Assembly: GCA_041690135.1 (NCBI GenBank)
Contig: JAWLHY010000003.1
Coordinates: 544,001 to 608,000 of the forward strand
Reading direction: 5' to 3'
Length of the DNA: 64,000 nt
DNA from: Armatimonadota bacterium
GTDB lineage: Bacteria > Armatimonadota > SYMT01
Below are positions 30,326-41,201 of this stretch, one piece after another. How positions within the stretch are numbered: the first letter of the stretch is position 1; each line of letters opens with the position of its first letter. The position numbers and the translations under genes are program-made. The notes below the pieces were generated by a model that worked only from the letters and a program-made list of their open reading frames with translations, ran no database searches and was not told where the DNA came from.

Positions 30326-31747
30326 ATGCAGCCCATCCATCCGCGCTCCCTCCTCACGCCCACCCAACGGTATTACAGCCGGCGGGAGTTCGTCCGCCGC
30401 ACCAGCCTCTCCGCGCTGGGGCTCTCGCTGGCGGACTGGATCCTTCTCGAGAAACAGGCGCGAGCGGACGGCCGACGGCCGCAGGCGAAGAACGTCCTCG
30501 TCATCCTGGAGCAGGGGGGCCTGAGCCACATCGACACCTTCGATCCGAAGCCGGACCTGCCGGGGGAGGACCGCAGCCCCTATAAGACCATCCGCACGAA
30601 GGTTCCGGGAATGGAGTTCACGGAGCTCCTCACAAAGACGGCACGGGTGGCCGATAAGCTGGCGGTGGTCCGGGGGATGCACCACACCATCGGGGATCAC
30701 CCGAAGGGCACCGCCTACATGCTCCAGGGGAACAACCCCAACAGCCCGCTGGGGTACCCGGATGTGGGGTGCGTCGTATCGCAGGTGATCGGCTCGGAGT
30801 GCTCCTACCTGCCGCCGTACATCATGGTTCCCGGCAACAGCGAGCAGGCCTACAACACCACCCACGGGTTCCTCTCCGCGTCCCAGGCGGCGTTCAAGAC
30901 CCAGGGCGCCGACCTCGCGGACCCGGGTTGGACCGTGGCGGGGCTCACCCCCACCATTGGGCTCGACCGGACCGGCCGCCGACAGTCCCTGCTGAACCGC
31001 TTCGAGCGCGGCTTCGTAGAGACGATCGGCGACGACTTCGTGGATGCGGCGCGCAACAGCTACGCGCAGGCATTCAACGCGGTTACCAGTCCCCAGGCGC
31101 GCGCGGCGTTCGACTTCACCACGGAGTCGGACCGCACGAAGGAAGCCTACGGTCGCGGGCATCGGGGGCACTGCTACCTGCTGGGGCGCAAGCTGATCGA
31201 GGCGGGGGTGCGGTTCGTCACGGTGGATGTCCGCTGGCCGAAGAGCGGCGTGCCTTCGGACGGTGCCAACCTGAACTGGGACCACCACGACAACATGTAT
31301 GTGAACGGCTCCTGCGGAAAGGACCGCGTCCTCTGCGGCGGCGAGGGGCGGTACGGTATCGGCACCTGGCCGATGATGGGCAGCACCGACCACGCCTTCG
31401 CGGCCCTCATCGACGACATGGACCAGCGCGGGCTGCTGGCGGAGACCCTCGTCTGCTTCATCACCGAGTTCGGCCGCTCGCCCAAGATCAACCGGTGCAA
31501 GGGTCGCGACCACTGGCCGCAGGCGTACTCCATCGTCTTTGCCGGTGCGGGCGTTCCCGGCGGACAGGTCATCGGCGCCACTGATAAGCAGGGCGGCTCC
31601 GTGGTCGACCAGCCGCACACCCCGCAGGACTACGCCGAAACGATCTACCGCAAGCTCGGCATCAACACGGAGCTGCGCCTGAAGGGCCCCGATGACCGCC
31701 CCGTCGACTTCACCGAGGGCGGCCGTCCCATCCCCGAACTGTTCTGA
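30326..31747 (+). CDS. DUF1501 family protein
   Basis: SRREF Tat-like motif, GGLSHIDTFDPKP, WDHH, EFGRSPKIN, GRDHWP. Confidence 0.92.
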   Translation: MQPIHPRSLLTPTQRYYSRREFVRRTSLSALGLSLADWILLEKQARADGRRPQAKNVLVILEQGGLSHIDTFDPKPDLPGEDRSPYKTIRTKVPGMEFTELLTKTARVADKLAVVRGMHHTIGDHPKGTAYMLQGNNPNSPLGYPDVGCVVSQVIGSECSYLPPYIMVPGNSEQAYNTTHGFLSASQAAFKTQGADLADPGWTVAGLTPTIGLDRTGRRQSLLNRFERGFVETIGDDFVDAARNSYAQAFNAVTSPQARAAFDFTTESDRTKEAYGRGHRGHCYLLGRKLIEAGVRFVTVDVRWPKSGVPSDGANLNWDHHDNMYVNGSCGKDRVLCGGEGRYGIGTWPMMGSTDHAFAALIDDMDQRGLLAETLVCFITEFGRSPKINRCKGRDHWPQAYSIVFAGAGVPGGQVIGATDKQGGSVVDQPHTPQDYAETIYRKLGINTELRLKGPDDRPVDFTEGGRPIPELF

Positions 31748-31787
31748 GACGGCGGAAACCCGGTAGAATTGGAGTAGAGGAACCGCC

Positions 31788-32489
31788 ATGGCGATGCCGT
31801 CCACCACTCCGGTCATCTATCAGCGCGGGTCGCGGTACGGGCCCGACGGGGTTTACTACCCTGCCGAGGAGGAACGCACCGTGCCCCTGTCGGATCGGGC
31901 GATTACCCTGATCTTCTATTTCCGATTTGCATTGCGCCGGGCCTTCCGGGCGTTCCCGGACGTGTATGTCGGCGCGGATCAGTTCATCTACTGGGAGCCG
32001 GGGAACACCGACAAGAAGATCGCGCCCGACGGTTACGTCATCCGCGGAGTGCCGTCCGAGCCGTTGCGCGACGTCATCCGGATCTGGGAGGAGGCCGTGC
32101 CCAGCCTGGTGATCGAAGTGTCTTCCAAAGGAAGTCGCAGTGAAGACCGGGGTGAGAAGTTCCTCAAGTACCAGGATGTGCTGGGCTGCCCGGAATACCT
32201 CATTTACGACGACGACACCGAAGAGCTGCTGTTCTACCGCCGTATCGCCGGGAAGTACCGGCTCCAGGCGCCGAGTCACGACGGGCGCTACACCAGTCAC
32301 GAGTTGGGGGTACAGTTCGCCCGGGATCCGGAAACACTGGTGCGCGTGTTCGATCTCGACGGCCGACCCGTCACTGCCCCGGAAGAACTGGCGGACCGCT
32401 ACGCCATGGAGCAGCGCCGGCTCCGCGAGCTCGAGGAAGAGAACGAGCGGTTACTCGCCGAACTAGCACGCTTGCGAGCGCAGGGTTAA
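31788..32489 (+). CDS. Uma2 family endonuclease-like protein
   Basis: APDGYV, PSLVIEVSS..S..EDRGEK..Y, EYLIYD, coiled-coil tail. Confidence 0.88.
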   Translation: MAMPSTTPVIYQRGSRYGPDGVYYPAEEERTVPLSDRAITLIFYFRFALRRAFRAFPDVYVGADQFIYWEPGNTDKKIAPDGYVIRGVPSEPLRDVIRIWEEAVPSLVIEVSSKGSRSEDRGEKFLKYQDVLGCPEYLIYDDDTEELLFYRRIAGKYRLQAPSHDGRYTSHELGVQFARDPETLVRVFDLDGRPVTAPEELADRYAMEQRRLRELEEENERLLAELARLRAQG

Positions 32490-32577
32490 CGAGGCTCTTG
32501 CGGGCAGTGAAGAGATCATCCCACGCCCCGCGACCGTGCCAGCCAATCGACGGACTCCTACCACCGGATAAATCCAC

Positions 32578-33810
32578 GTGCCAAATATCACCCGCGTCTC
32601 GACGCGCGACGCCCGTTACACGCTCCAGCCCGGAGAAGGCGTCGACGCCGTCCACTCCGAACCCCAGTATTCCTACGCCGTCACCCTGCTGGAGACGGAC
32701 GCCGGCGTTACCGGTACCGGCCTCACGTTTACCCTGGGAGCCGGGAACGACCTCGTCTGCCGGGCCATCGAGGCCCTGGCGGAACCGCTTGTCGGGCGCG
32801 ATCTCGAGGAGTTGATGTCCGAGTTTGGGTGGATCCAGCGCTCCCTCGCCGATCACCCGCAGTACCGTTGGCTGGGGCCGCATAAGGGCGTGGTGCACCT
32901 GGCGCTCGCCTCGCTCACCAATGCCTGCTTCGACCTCTGGGCCAAGAGCCGCGGCGTGCCCCTCTGGAAGTTGCTGCTCGATCTCACCCCGGAGCAGGTG
33001 GTGGCGCTGCTGGACCTGAGCTACCTCGACGACGCCCTCACCGCTCGCGAGGCCCTCACACTGCTCCGCGCTCACCAGTCCACGCGGGACGCCCGGGAGG
33101 GGATCCTCCGGGAGGGATATCCCGGCTACGACACTTCCGTGGGCTGGTTTCAGTACTCCGATGACGAGGTCCGGGAGAACAGCCGGCGGGCGCTGGCGGC
33201 GGGCTTCACGGCGATGAAACTGAAGGTCGGCTCGCCGGACCCCACCCGCGATATCCGGCGCGCGAACCTGATCCGCGACACGGCGGGCTCCGGCGTGCGG
33301 ATCATGCTGGACGCGAACCAGGCATGGAACCTGCCGACCGCGATCCGGGTCGGCCTGGAGCTCTCCCGGATGTCCCCCTACTGGATCGAGGAGCCCACTC
33401 ACCCCGACGACGTGTTCGCGCACCAGACCCTGGCCCGCGCCCTCGCCCCGATCCCGATCGCCCTGGGAGAACACGTGCCGCACCGCGTGCTGTTCAAGAG
33501 CTTCATGCAGGCGAGCGCCGCTCAATTCATTCAGGTCGATGCGCTCCGGGTCGCCGGGGTCAGCGAGTTCCTGGCGGTCAGCCTGCTCGCCCGCAAGTTC
33601 GGGTTGAAGGTGGTCCCTCACGTGGGCGACATGGGCCAGATCCATCAGCACCTGGTCCTGTTCAACCACGTTGCCCTGGGCCTGGAGAAGGTTTTCCTCG
33701 AGTACATCCCGCACCTTAGAAAGCATTTCGTCCATCCCGCCGTCGTCGAGGACGGCCGGTACCGGACGCCCCAGGAGCCGGGCAGCAGCTCCGATCTGGT
33801 GGGTGAGTAG
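32578..33810 (+). CDS. Enolase-superfamily acid-sugar dehydratase (L-fuconate dehydratase-like)
   Basis: [31 protein letters not shown]. Confidence 0.88.
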   Translation: MPNITRVSTRDARYTLQPGEGVDAVHSEPQYSYAVTLLETDAGVTGTGLTFTLGAGNDLVCRAIEALAEPLVGRDLEELMSEFGWIQRSLADHPQYRWLGPHKGVVHLALASLTNACFDLWAKSRGVPLWKLLLDLTPEQVVALLDLSYLDDALTAREALTLLRAHQSTRDAREGILREGYPGYDTSVGWFQYSDDEVRENSRRALAAGFTAMKLKVGSPDPTRDIRRANLIRDTAGSGVRIMLDANQAWNLPTAIRVGLELSRMSPYWIEEPTHPDDVFAHQTLARALAPIPIALGEHVPHRVLFKSFMQASAAQFIQVDALRVAGVSEFLAVSLLARKFGLKVVPHVGDMGQIHQHLVLFNHVALGLEKVFLEYIPHLRKHFVHPAVVEDGRYRTPQEPGSSSDLVGE

Positions 33811-33814
33811 AACG

Positions 33815-35083
33815 ATGCCTGAAACCAGCAAGATCGAACGTGCCTATGAACTGGCCCGCGAGCACTACGCCGCACTCGGGGTCGATACCGCGCAAGCCCT
33901 GGAGACGCTGCGGAGCGTCGCCATTTCCCTTCACTGCTGGCAGGGAGACGACGTCGGCGGCTTTGAGAACGAGGCCGGCCTCACCGGCGGCGGCATCATG
34001 GCTACGGGAAACTATCCCGGTCGCGCCCGGACGCCGGACGAGCTCCGGGCCGACGCGGACCAGGCGCTGGCCCTCATCCCGGGCTGCCACCGGTTCAACC
34101 TCCACGCCATCTACGCCGAGTTCGGCGGCAAGAGAGTTGACCGGGACGAGATCGGTCCCGAGCACTTCTCCGGCTGGATCGACTGGGCTCGCGCGAAGGG
34201 GATCGGGCTGGACTTCAATCCCACTTTCTTCTCGCACCCCCTGGCGGACGATGGGTTCACCCTCGCCAGCGCGGACGAAGGGCGGCGGGCGTTCTGGGTG
34301 CGCCATGGCCTCGCCTGCCGCACCATCGGCGCCGCGATGGGGGAGGCGCTCGGCAAGCCGTGCGTGACCAACGTCTGGATCCCGGATGGCTACAAGGACA
34401 TGCCGGCCGACCGCAAGACCCCCCGCGAGCGCCTGAAGCGTTCCCTGGACGAGATGTTCGCGGCGCCGATCGACCCGCGCCACAACCTGGATGCGGTGGA
34501 GGGCAAGCTGTTCGGCCTCGGCTCCGAGAGCTACGTGGTCGGCTCGCACGAGTTCTACTACGGCTATGCGCTCTCGAACCGGAAGCTGCTCTGCCTGGAC
34601 GCCGGCCACTATCACCCCACCGAAACGATCTCGGACAAGATCAGCTCCGTGCTTACCTACCTGCCGGAGATCCTGCTGCACGTCAGCCGTGGGGTGCGGT
34701 GGGACAGCGATCACGTCGTCATCCTCTCCGACGACCTGCGCGCCATCGCCGAGGAGCTGGTCCGCGGCGACTACCTGGGGCGGGTGCACGTGGGGCTGGA
34801 CTTCTTCGATGCCAGCATCAACCGCGTGGCCGCGTGGGTGATCGGCACCCGGAGCATGATCAAGGCCCTCCTGATCGCCCTGCTGGAACCCTCCGCCCGC
34901 CTGCGGGAGCTGGAGGCCGAGGGAGATTTCACCACCCGCCTCGCCCTCTTGGAAGAGGCGAAGACCCTTCCGTTCGGCGCGGTGTGGGACTACTACTGCC
35001 TGCAGCAGGATGTCCCCGTCGGCCTGGACTGGATGGAGAACGTCCGCGCCTACGAGAAGACTGTTCTCGCCGAGCGGGGATAA
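33815..35083 (+). CDS. rhaA: L-rhamnose isomerase
   Basis: [50 protein letters not shown]. Confidence 0.96.
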   Translation: MPETSKIERAYELAREHYAALGVDTAQALETLRSVAISLHCWQGDDVGGFENEAGLTGGGIMATGNYPGRARTPDELRADADQALALIPGCHRFNLHAIYAEFGGKRVDRDEIGPEHFSGWIDWARAKGIGLDFNPTFFSHPLADDGFTLASADEGRRAFWVRHGLACRTIGAAMGEALGKPCVTNVWIPDGYKDMPADRKTPRERLKRSLDEMFAAPIDPRHNLDAVEGKLFGLGSESYVVGSHEFYYGYALSNRKLLCLDAGHYHPTETISDKISSVLTYLPEILLHVSRGVRWDSDHVVILSDDLRAIAEELVRGDYLGRVHVGLDFFDASINRVAAWVIGTRSMIKALLIALLEPSARLRELEAEGDFTTRLALLEEAKTLPFGAVWDYYCLQQDVPVGLDWMENVRAYEKTVLAERG

Positions 35084-35566
35084 GGGGCTCGAGTCGGACC
35101 TGAAGCGCATCGGCTCGTCGGGGAGCGCTTCAGGTCCGGACGATTTCGGCAGTTCGGGCGAAACGCTCCGTGAGGATGCAGGTCCAGGCTTATCCGCTCG
35201 ACTGCGGCTTCCGCAATTCCGAACAGCCTACTGAGCCTGGACTCGTCTCGTTTATTCGCGGCCTGGACGAGAGCTCTCGCGGAGTCCCGTCCTCAGACGG
35301 CCAACTTGCAATACTGGTCCAGGATCCTGGGAGCATCTGTCCCGATACGCTGGAGGCACAACAAGTTCGCGCCACCGGGACGGGAGCCCGTGTTTGGAAC
35401 CGCGAACTACCGTCTGAAGACGGGACTCCGCAATGGGGCATGACCTGCGCTGGTTCGTCCGGATGGACGGCGAATTCAGCAGGGAGGGGCGGGGCCGTTC
35501 CGGATCGGCCCCCGCAGTAAGACCTCAAGTCTCTTCCGAAGTGCTGCCAGGAGCGCCGATAGGCCC

Positions 35567-36949
35567 CTAAGACGCGGCTTTCTTTCCCCCGCCTCTAGCC
35601 TTGGCCGCCTTCAGCCCCTTGGGGGAGAGCACGCAGCGGAAACCGACGTGCGAGCTGCCGGTATCGATGGCGCCCTTGCCGCGCCCGCCCGGCATGTAGC
35701 GGGAGCAGTACTGATCCGTACAGAGGAAGGAGCCGCCGCGCTGGATCCGCTTCGGGATGCCGGGCTCGTCCGGATCGTGGCTGTCGGCGGGCCCCTGCGG
35801 GTTCTTGACCGGGCTCTGGGCGTAGTAGTCGGGCTGATACCAGTCAGAGCACCACTGCCACACGTTCCCCGCCATGTCGTGGAGGCCGAAACCGTTCGCG
35901 GGGAAGGCGCCCACCGGCGAGGTGCGGGCGTATCCGTCTTCCTTCTTGTTGGAGTTCGGGAAGCGGCCCTGGAAGGTGTTCCCCATGATCTTGCCGTTCG
36001 GCCGGAACTGGTCGCCCCAGGTGTACGGCATCTGGGTCAGCCCGCCCCGCGCGGCGTACTCGAACTCCGCCTCGGTGGGAAGGCGCTTGCCGGCCCACTT
36101 GCAATAGGCTTCGGCATCCTCGTAGGCGATGTGGACCACCGGGTGGGTCTCCCGCCCGGCGATGCTGCTGTCCGGCCCCTCCGGATGCTTCCAACTGGCG
36201 CCGGGTACATAGCGCCACCAGTGCCCCACGTTGTCCAGGGGAACGGCGTTGGCGGGCGGCGCGAAGACGACGGCGCCCGGCACCAGTACTTCCGGGGGAG
36301 CGCCGGGGAAGTCCTTCGGGTCCGGCTTGCGCTCGGCGACGGTAACGTAGCCCGTCGCCTTAACAAACTTCTGATACTGGGCGTTGGTCACCGGGTGGCG
36401 GTCCATCCAGAACCCGTCCAGCTCCACCGTGTGGATCGGGCGGGCGTCCCGGAACGGCTCATAGTCGGCGCCCATGGAGAACTTTCCAGAGGGGACCCAA
36501 ACCATGCCCTCCGGTGCGGGACCGGGGGCGGCCTCCTTCTTCACCACGGTCGGCTCGACCTTGCCGGCGTCTTTCACTTTGGCGCCGTGCGGGTCCGGCA
36601 TCTGGAAGCGCGGATCGGCATTCTTCAGCGGCACCACGCAGCAGGTCGGGCCGGACGCGCCATGGCCGTGCCCGTCGTCGGGGGTGTGTGCCGCGGTAGT
36701 CGCCGTGTCGGACTTCGCCGGAGTGTTCTCTTCTCCAGGGGCTTCCGCGGACGCGGTCTTTGCCGGATCGCCGGCAGAGGCGCTTTGCCCCGCCGGGGTA
36801 TTCGCCGGTACGGCCGCCCCCTCCGGGCCGTTGGCGGCCGGCGCGCACCCCACCAGCAGGGCCGCGGCGCTTCCCAGGAGACCCCGGCGCAGGTGGGCCG
36901 CGCTCCAGGCCTGTCTTCGTTGCTTCATCTCGAAACCGGATCCGGCCAT
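35567..36949 (-). CDS. Formylglycine-generating enzyme (sulfatase maturase), lipoprotein
   Basis: LVGC lipobox; RLPTEAEFEYAARGG, DMAGNVWQW, RGGSFLCTDQYCSRY with both catalytic Cys. Confidence 0.9.
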   Translation of the reverse strand: MAGSGFEMKQRRQAWSAAHLRRGLLGSAAALLVGCAPAANGPEGAAVPANTPAGQSASAGDPAKTASAEAPGEENTPAKSDTATTAAHTPDDGHGHGASGPTCCVVPLKNADPRFQMPDPHGAKVKDAGKVEPTVVKKEAAPGPAPEGMVWVPSGKFSMGADYEPFRDARPIHTVELDGFWMDRHPVTNAQYQKFVKATGYVTVAERKPDPKDFPGAPPEVLVPGAVVFAPPANAVPLDNVGHWWRYVPGASWKHPEGPDSSIAGRETHPVVHIAYEDAEAYCKWAGKRLPTEAEFEYAARGGLTQMPYTWGDQFRPNGKIMGNTFQGRFPNSNKKEDGYARTSPVGAFPANGFGLHDMAGNVWQWCSDWYQPDYYAQSPVKNPQGPADSHDPDEPGIPKRIQRGGSFLCTDQYCSRYMPGGRGKGAIDTGSSHVGFRCVLSPKGLKAAKARGGGKKAAS

Positions 36950-37065
36950 CACATACCTCAAAAGCTCAACGCTCGTTCCCTGGGACGAAAGCGCAGGCGG
37001 TCGTCGCCCCCACTTTCCCTACTCCCCCGCACGCCCCGGGCGTTCCCAACCCGTGCCGGCATCTG

Positions 37066-38400
37066 CTATGGCTTACCCGGCCACCACGCGTCCAGGCGTT
37101 TCGTCATGCGCTTCACGCGGCCGGGTTCCTGCTCTGCCAGGTTGGTCGCTTCGTGCGGGTCCTTCTCCAGGTGGTACAGTTCGACTTTACCGTCCGGCTC
37201 GTTCTGGGAGGCGGGTATGATCAGCTTCCAGTCGTCCTCGATGGTCCACCGCCACCGCAGGCTGCTGGCCGGCCGGTTCAGATCCACGGCGTTGTGCGTG
37301 AAGCATTCTCCGAAGAGCCGCTTCCGGTTGCCTACTGCCTCGTTGTCCAGCAGGTTGAGGCCTTGCATGTCGGGGGTCGGTTTCAGACCCACGGCCCTGA
37401 GGAGCGTCGGGGCCAGGTCGATCGACATCGCGAGCTGCTTCGACATCTTCGGGCGCACGCGACCGGGCCAGCGGACCATAATCGGGGTGCGCAGTCCGCC
37501 GTCGTACTGCGACTGCTTTGACTTGGGCGCGTAGCGGGGCCGCTCGGGGTCCTGAATCCACCCGTTGTCGGCCACGTAAACCACGATCGTGTTCTCCGCC
37601 AGCCCGTGCCCGGAAAGGTAATCCATCAACTCGCCGCACGTCTCGTCGAACCACTCCACCATCGCCCAGTACTTCGCAACCTGGAGGGTGGGCGCCTTGT
37701 CCCGGTACTTGTCCAGCAGGCGCTGCGGGGGCGTGTGGGGGTCGTGCGGCAGCAGCGGCGCGTACCACACGAAGAACGGCTTCTTCTCCTTCTGGGCGCC
37801 CTCGATGAAATCGTAGATCGGCCGCATCGACTCTCGCCCGATCTTCAGGCCCTCGTCGCCGTGCCGGGAGCCCTGGGTCATCCCATGCGTGAACCCGCCC
37901 CGCTTGAAGTCGCCCTGCCACCACTTCCCGGTCTGGAAGCTCAGGTAGCCCTGCTCCCCCAGCACGCGCGGCAGCGTCGGCACCGCCTCGATGTGCCGGT
38001 TCATCACCTCGCGACCCTCCAGGAAAGCGGGCGACTGGTAGAAATCCCGCGGCCGCATGGTGGTCCCGGCGGGGAGAGGCGGGTCGTTGCTGGTGACCTT
38101 GTGTTGATGCGGGTACAGCCCCGTGATGATCGACGCCAGGCTCGGGCAGCAGAGGCTGGAGGGCACATAGCCCCGGGTGAAAGTGAGGCTCTGCGAGGCG
38201 AGGCGGTCCAGGTGCGGCGTCCGGATGTGGGGATGCCCCATGAAGGAGTAGTCCGTCCACGCGTGGTCGTCCGAAACGATCATCACGATGTTCGGCGGCT
38301 GCGACGTTCCGGGCTTCGGGTCCGCCGCCTGCGCGCACACGCCTGCCAGCGCCAGGCAGGCGAGGGCGACGATTCCGGCTAGGTTCTTCAAGGTCCGCAT
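37066..38400 (-). CDS. Secreted sulfatase (S1 family)
   Basis: PNIVMIVSDD, CCPSLASIITG, GKW, DNG. Confidence 0.9.
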   Translation of the reverse strand: MRTLKNLAGIVALACLALAGVCAQAADPKPGTSQPPNIVMIVSDDHAWTDYSFMGHPHIRTPHLDRLASQSLTFTRGYVPSSLCCPSLASIITGLYPHQHKVTSNDPPLPAGTTMRPRDFYQSPAFLEGREVMNRHIEAVPTLPRVLGEQGYLSFQTGKWWQGDFKRGGFTHGMTQGSRHGDEGLKIGRESMRPIYDFIEGAQKEKKPFFVWYAPLLPHDPHTPPQRLLDKYRDKAPTLQVAKYWAMVEWFDETCGELMDYLSGHGLAENTIVVYVADNGWIQDPERPRYAPKSKQSQYDGGLRTPIMVRWPGRVRPKMSKQLAMSIDLAPTLLRAVGLKPTPDMQGLNLLDNEAVGNRKRLFGECFTHNAVDLNRPASSLRWRWTIEDDWKLIIPASQNEPDGKVELYHLEKDPHEATNLAEQEPGRVKRMTKRLDAWWPGKP

Positions 38401-38649
38401 GGTGGGGTGGGTTTACGACAGCAACAAAAAGGGATGGCCCGGCTGCTCCGCACGGGCTTCCTTTCCAGGTTCACCACTTCGGCCGCTATGTCCTGGTAAC
38501 ACGCGCACACGCCCGGTTTGGGGATACACCGGTTACGGCCGTCTCTGCGAGGAGGGGTAGAACCCAACCGACTTCACAGATCAAAGGCCGCCGCACCGCC
38601 GGAGCGCAGCCATCTTGAAACTGCACCCCGGCACCCGACGTGGCAGGCC

Positions 38650-38792
38650 CCCTGGTCAGGGGCGGGACGGATTAGGACGAGGATAAGGATAAAGAGTCTC
38701 GGTTTCGGACCAGTGCCCTGATCAGGGGGCGGAGTGGATCAGGATAAGGATAAAGAGTCCCGTGTAATAACAGGTTCCCTGACCAGGGGGCT
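38650..38792 (+). repeat. Tandem copies of a dispersed CCCTGACCAGGGGGCGG...GGATAAAGAGTCCCG element
   Basis: Two copies plus a partial third here; a related copy at ~29971-30035. Confidence 0.7.
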
Positions 38793-39304
38793 GGCCACGC
38801 CTGCCCGGCGGAGCATAGGGTCTCTTACAGGTTCTGGTGCAAGAGGCTTGATTGCTTCGACGAGAGGCTCATCTGGGCTGAGGAGTTGCTGCAGATTCAC
38901 CACTCCTCGCCATGACGTGTATTTGCACTACCTGTCCACCCGAGCACCCGAACACCTGACCACCTCTTCTTCATCTTTCAAATCTGCGTCATCTGTGGAC
39001 TCTACCTGAAAGCCTGAATGCCCAACGCCCAATCCTTGCGGAAATCGGGAAATCCTGCGGGAAAGCGGTAGGCCGGGAGAGACCGCCCGCGAACTGACGA
39101 TATACTCCTCATGACAGGCGGTCGCTCCGCGGCCGCAAGGAAAGAGGCTGGTTCTGGGCGAACGAGATAGCCGGCAGGTTTCGTATCCATGAAACCTGGA
39201 AGCGTGTTGTGCGTCCAAAACTAAGGCCTATCGGATTTCCCCGCCGGCCTCTGCGGTTCTCTGGTTGCGGGGCCAGACGGTCATCGGGATTCTCACGACG
39301 TCAT

Positions 39305-40741
39305 ATGATCAGCATAAAAGGCAACAAGGCACGTCTCTGCGATGGGATCACGCGGCGGGATTTTGTCCGCCTGGGCGCCCTCGGGGCCATGGGCTTGAGC
39401 CTGCCGGAGGTGCTCCGGGCCGAGGCTGCGGCGGCGGAGGTCGCCAAGGCTTCCGGCAAGAGTTCCGGACGTCAGAAGAACGTCATCCTCTTCTTCCTCA
39501 TGGGCGGGCAGTCGCAGCTCGACATGTGGGACATGAAGCCGGACGCACCCGAGGGAATCCGCGGCGAGTTCAAGCCGATCAACACCAACGTCGATGGGAT
39601 TCAGATTTGCGAGCACATGCCGCTGCTCGCGCGCCGGGCGGACAAGTACGCCATCATCCGCTCGATGACGCACCACGTGAAGAACCACGCCCCCGCGGGT
39701 TACTTCGCGCTCACCGGCATGGCTCCCAAGCGGGACGTCAATAACTTCGGCCTGAACTCGGACGACTATCCGGCGCTGGGCTCGGTGGTGTCGTACCTCG
39801 ACCCCAGCAAAAAGAACGTTCCCACTTATGTGCAGCTTTCGCCCGGACTGGTCGGCGACACCGGCATCCAGATGCCCGGCTTCCACGCCGGGGTCCTCTC
39901 GGCCAAGTACGACCCGCTCAAGGTGACGAACGACCCGGATCAGGCGGGGTTCCAGGTAGAAGAGCTCTCGCTTCCCCGGCACATCAGCGAGAAGCGGCTC
40001 AACGCGCGCCGCTCGCTGCTGCAGTTGGTGGAGGATGAGTTCCCCCTGATTACGGAGTCGCCCACCGTCGGCAAGCTGGACCAGTTCTATCAGCGCGCCT
40101 TCAACCTGGTTACCTCGCCGGAGGCCCGCAAGGCGTTCGATATCGAGTCGGAGCCGCTCAAGCTGCGGGAGCGCTACGGTCGCAACATCTACGCTCAGCA
40201 GTGCCTCCTGGCCCGCCGCCTGGTGGAATCCGGCGTGCGCCTCGTCACCATCGTGTGGGGCGGCCCCATCAACGCGCCGCTCGACTACTGGGACACCCAC
40301 CAGGGCAACTTCCCGAAGCAGAAGGACAAGCTGATCCCGATCTTCGACAAGTGCTACAGCGCCCTCCTGGACGACCTGACGGAACGCGGCCTGATGGAGG
40401 ACACCCTCGTGGTGGCGATGGGCGAGTTCGGCCGCACCCCGCGCGTCGGCCAGATCACCGCCAACGGCGGCACGGACGCCACCGGTCGCGACCATTGGCC
40501 GTTCTGCTACAGCATCACGCTGGCGGGCGCCGGCATCCGCGGCGGGCAGGTGATCGGCAAGAGCGACGAGACGACCGCCACCTACACGGAACGCCCCGTC
40601 ACCCCGATGGACCTCACCGCCACCATCTACCACGCGATGGGGATCAACTACCAGGCGGAAATGCACGACCAGTTGAACCGGCCGCTCCCCATCGTCCGGG
40701 ACGGCGAGCCCGTCTACGAGCTCTGGGGCAGCAAGGTCTGA
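39305..40741 (+). CDS. DUF1501 family protein
   Basis: TRRDF Tat-like motif, GGQSQLDMWDMKP, WDTH, GEFGRTP, GRDHWP. Confidence 0.92.
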   Translation: MISIKGNKARLCDGITRRDFVRLGALGAMGLSLPEVLRAEAAAAEVAKASGKSSGRQKNVILFFLMGGQSQLDMWDMKPDAPEGIRGEFKPINTNVDGIQICEHMPLLARRADKYAIIRSMTHHVKNHAPAGYFALTGMAPKRDVNNFGLNSDDYPALGSVVSYLDPSKKNVPTYVQLSPGLVGDTGIQMPGFHAGVLSAKYDPLKVTNDPDQAGFQVEELSLPRHISEKRLNARRSLLQLVEDEFPLITESPTVGKLDQFYQRAFNLVTSPEARKAFDIESEPLKLRERYGRNIYAQQCLLARRLVESGVRLVTIVWGGPINAPLDYWDTHQGNFPKQKDKLIPIFDKCYSALLDDLTERGLMEDTLVVAMGEFGRTPRVGQITANGGTDATGRDHWPFCYSITLAGAGIRGGQVIGKSDETTATYTERPVTPMDLTATIYHAMGINYQAEMHDQLNRPLPIVRDGEPVYELWGSKV

Positions 40742-40922
40742 GGGGTTTTTTCACCACGGAGCCACGGAGACTACCACGGAGAGAAACCCAAAGGGGCACC
40801 GTAGCTGACTTTCCGTGTCGCGTCCGGTAATCAGAAGCAGAGGAGCCAGGGCCGATTGCCCTGGCTCTTTTTGCTGTACAAGTCCGAATTACCGGTTAGC
40901 GGCGGCTACCGCCACCTTCGCC

Positions 40923-40976
40923 GATATCGGGCAGTTGCACTGCCCGATATCACTTTGGGCGCAGTTGCACTGCGCC
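40923..40976. repeat. Two tandem REP-like palindromes
   Basis: GATATCGGGCAGT-TGC-ACTGCCCGATATC, then GGCGCAGT-TGC-ACTGCGCC. Confidence 0.75.
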
Positions 40977-41201
40977 GTCCTGGATTAGAACCTGTGTTGG
41001 AAGTCCAGGTTCCTTGGGCCCTGCCGTTTGACGCCAGTTCAGACTCTGAATGCGCCCACTCCCGTCCCGCCGCACCGCGGGCTCACTGGCGGCCCAGCCT
41101 GCCGAGGACTGAGCGTGAATACCGTCGAACATCCCCGCAGACCACGTTGCTTCCGCGCTTGGTGGTCCGCTGCCACGTTGCAGCCTACCGGAGTCGATCC
41201 T

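Noticed and set aside
30254-31816. Long antisense or alternative-frame ORFs (also 32371..33831, 35648..37534, 39293..40666, 61226..63496, 4958..6469)
   Set aside because: Shadow ORFs of well-supported genes, expected at high GC; no recognisable motifs
35084-35566. ORFs 35170..35520 and 35190..35528 in the gap after rhaA
   Set aside because: No recognisable motifs or start signals; left unannotated
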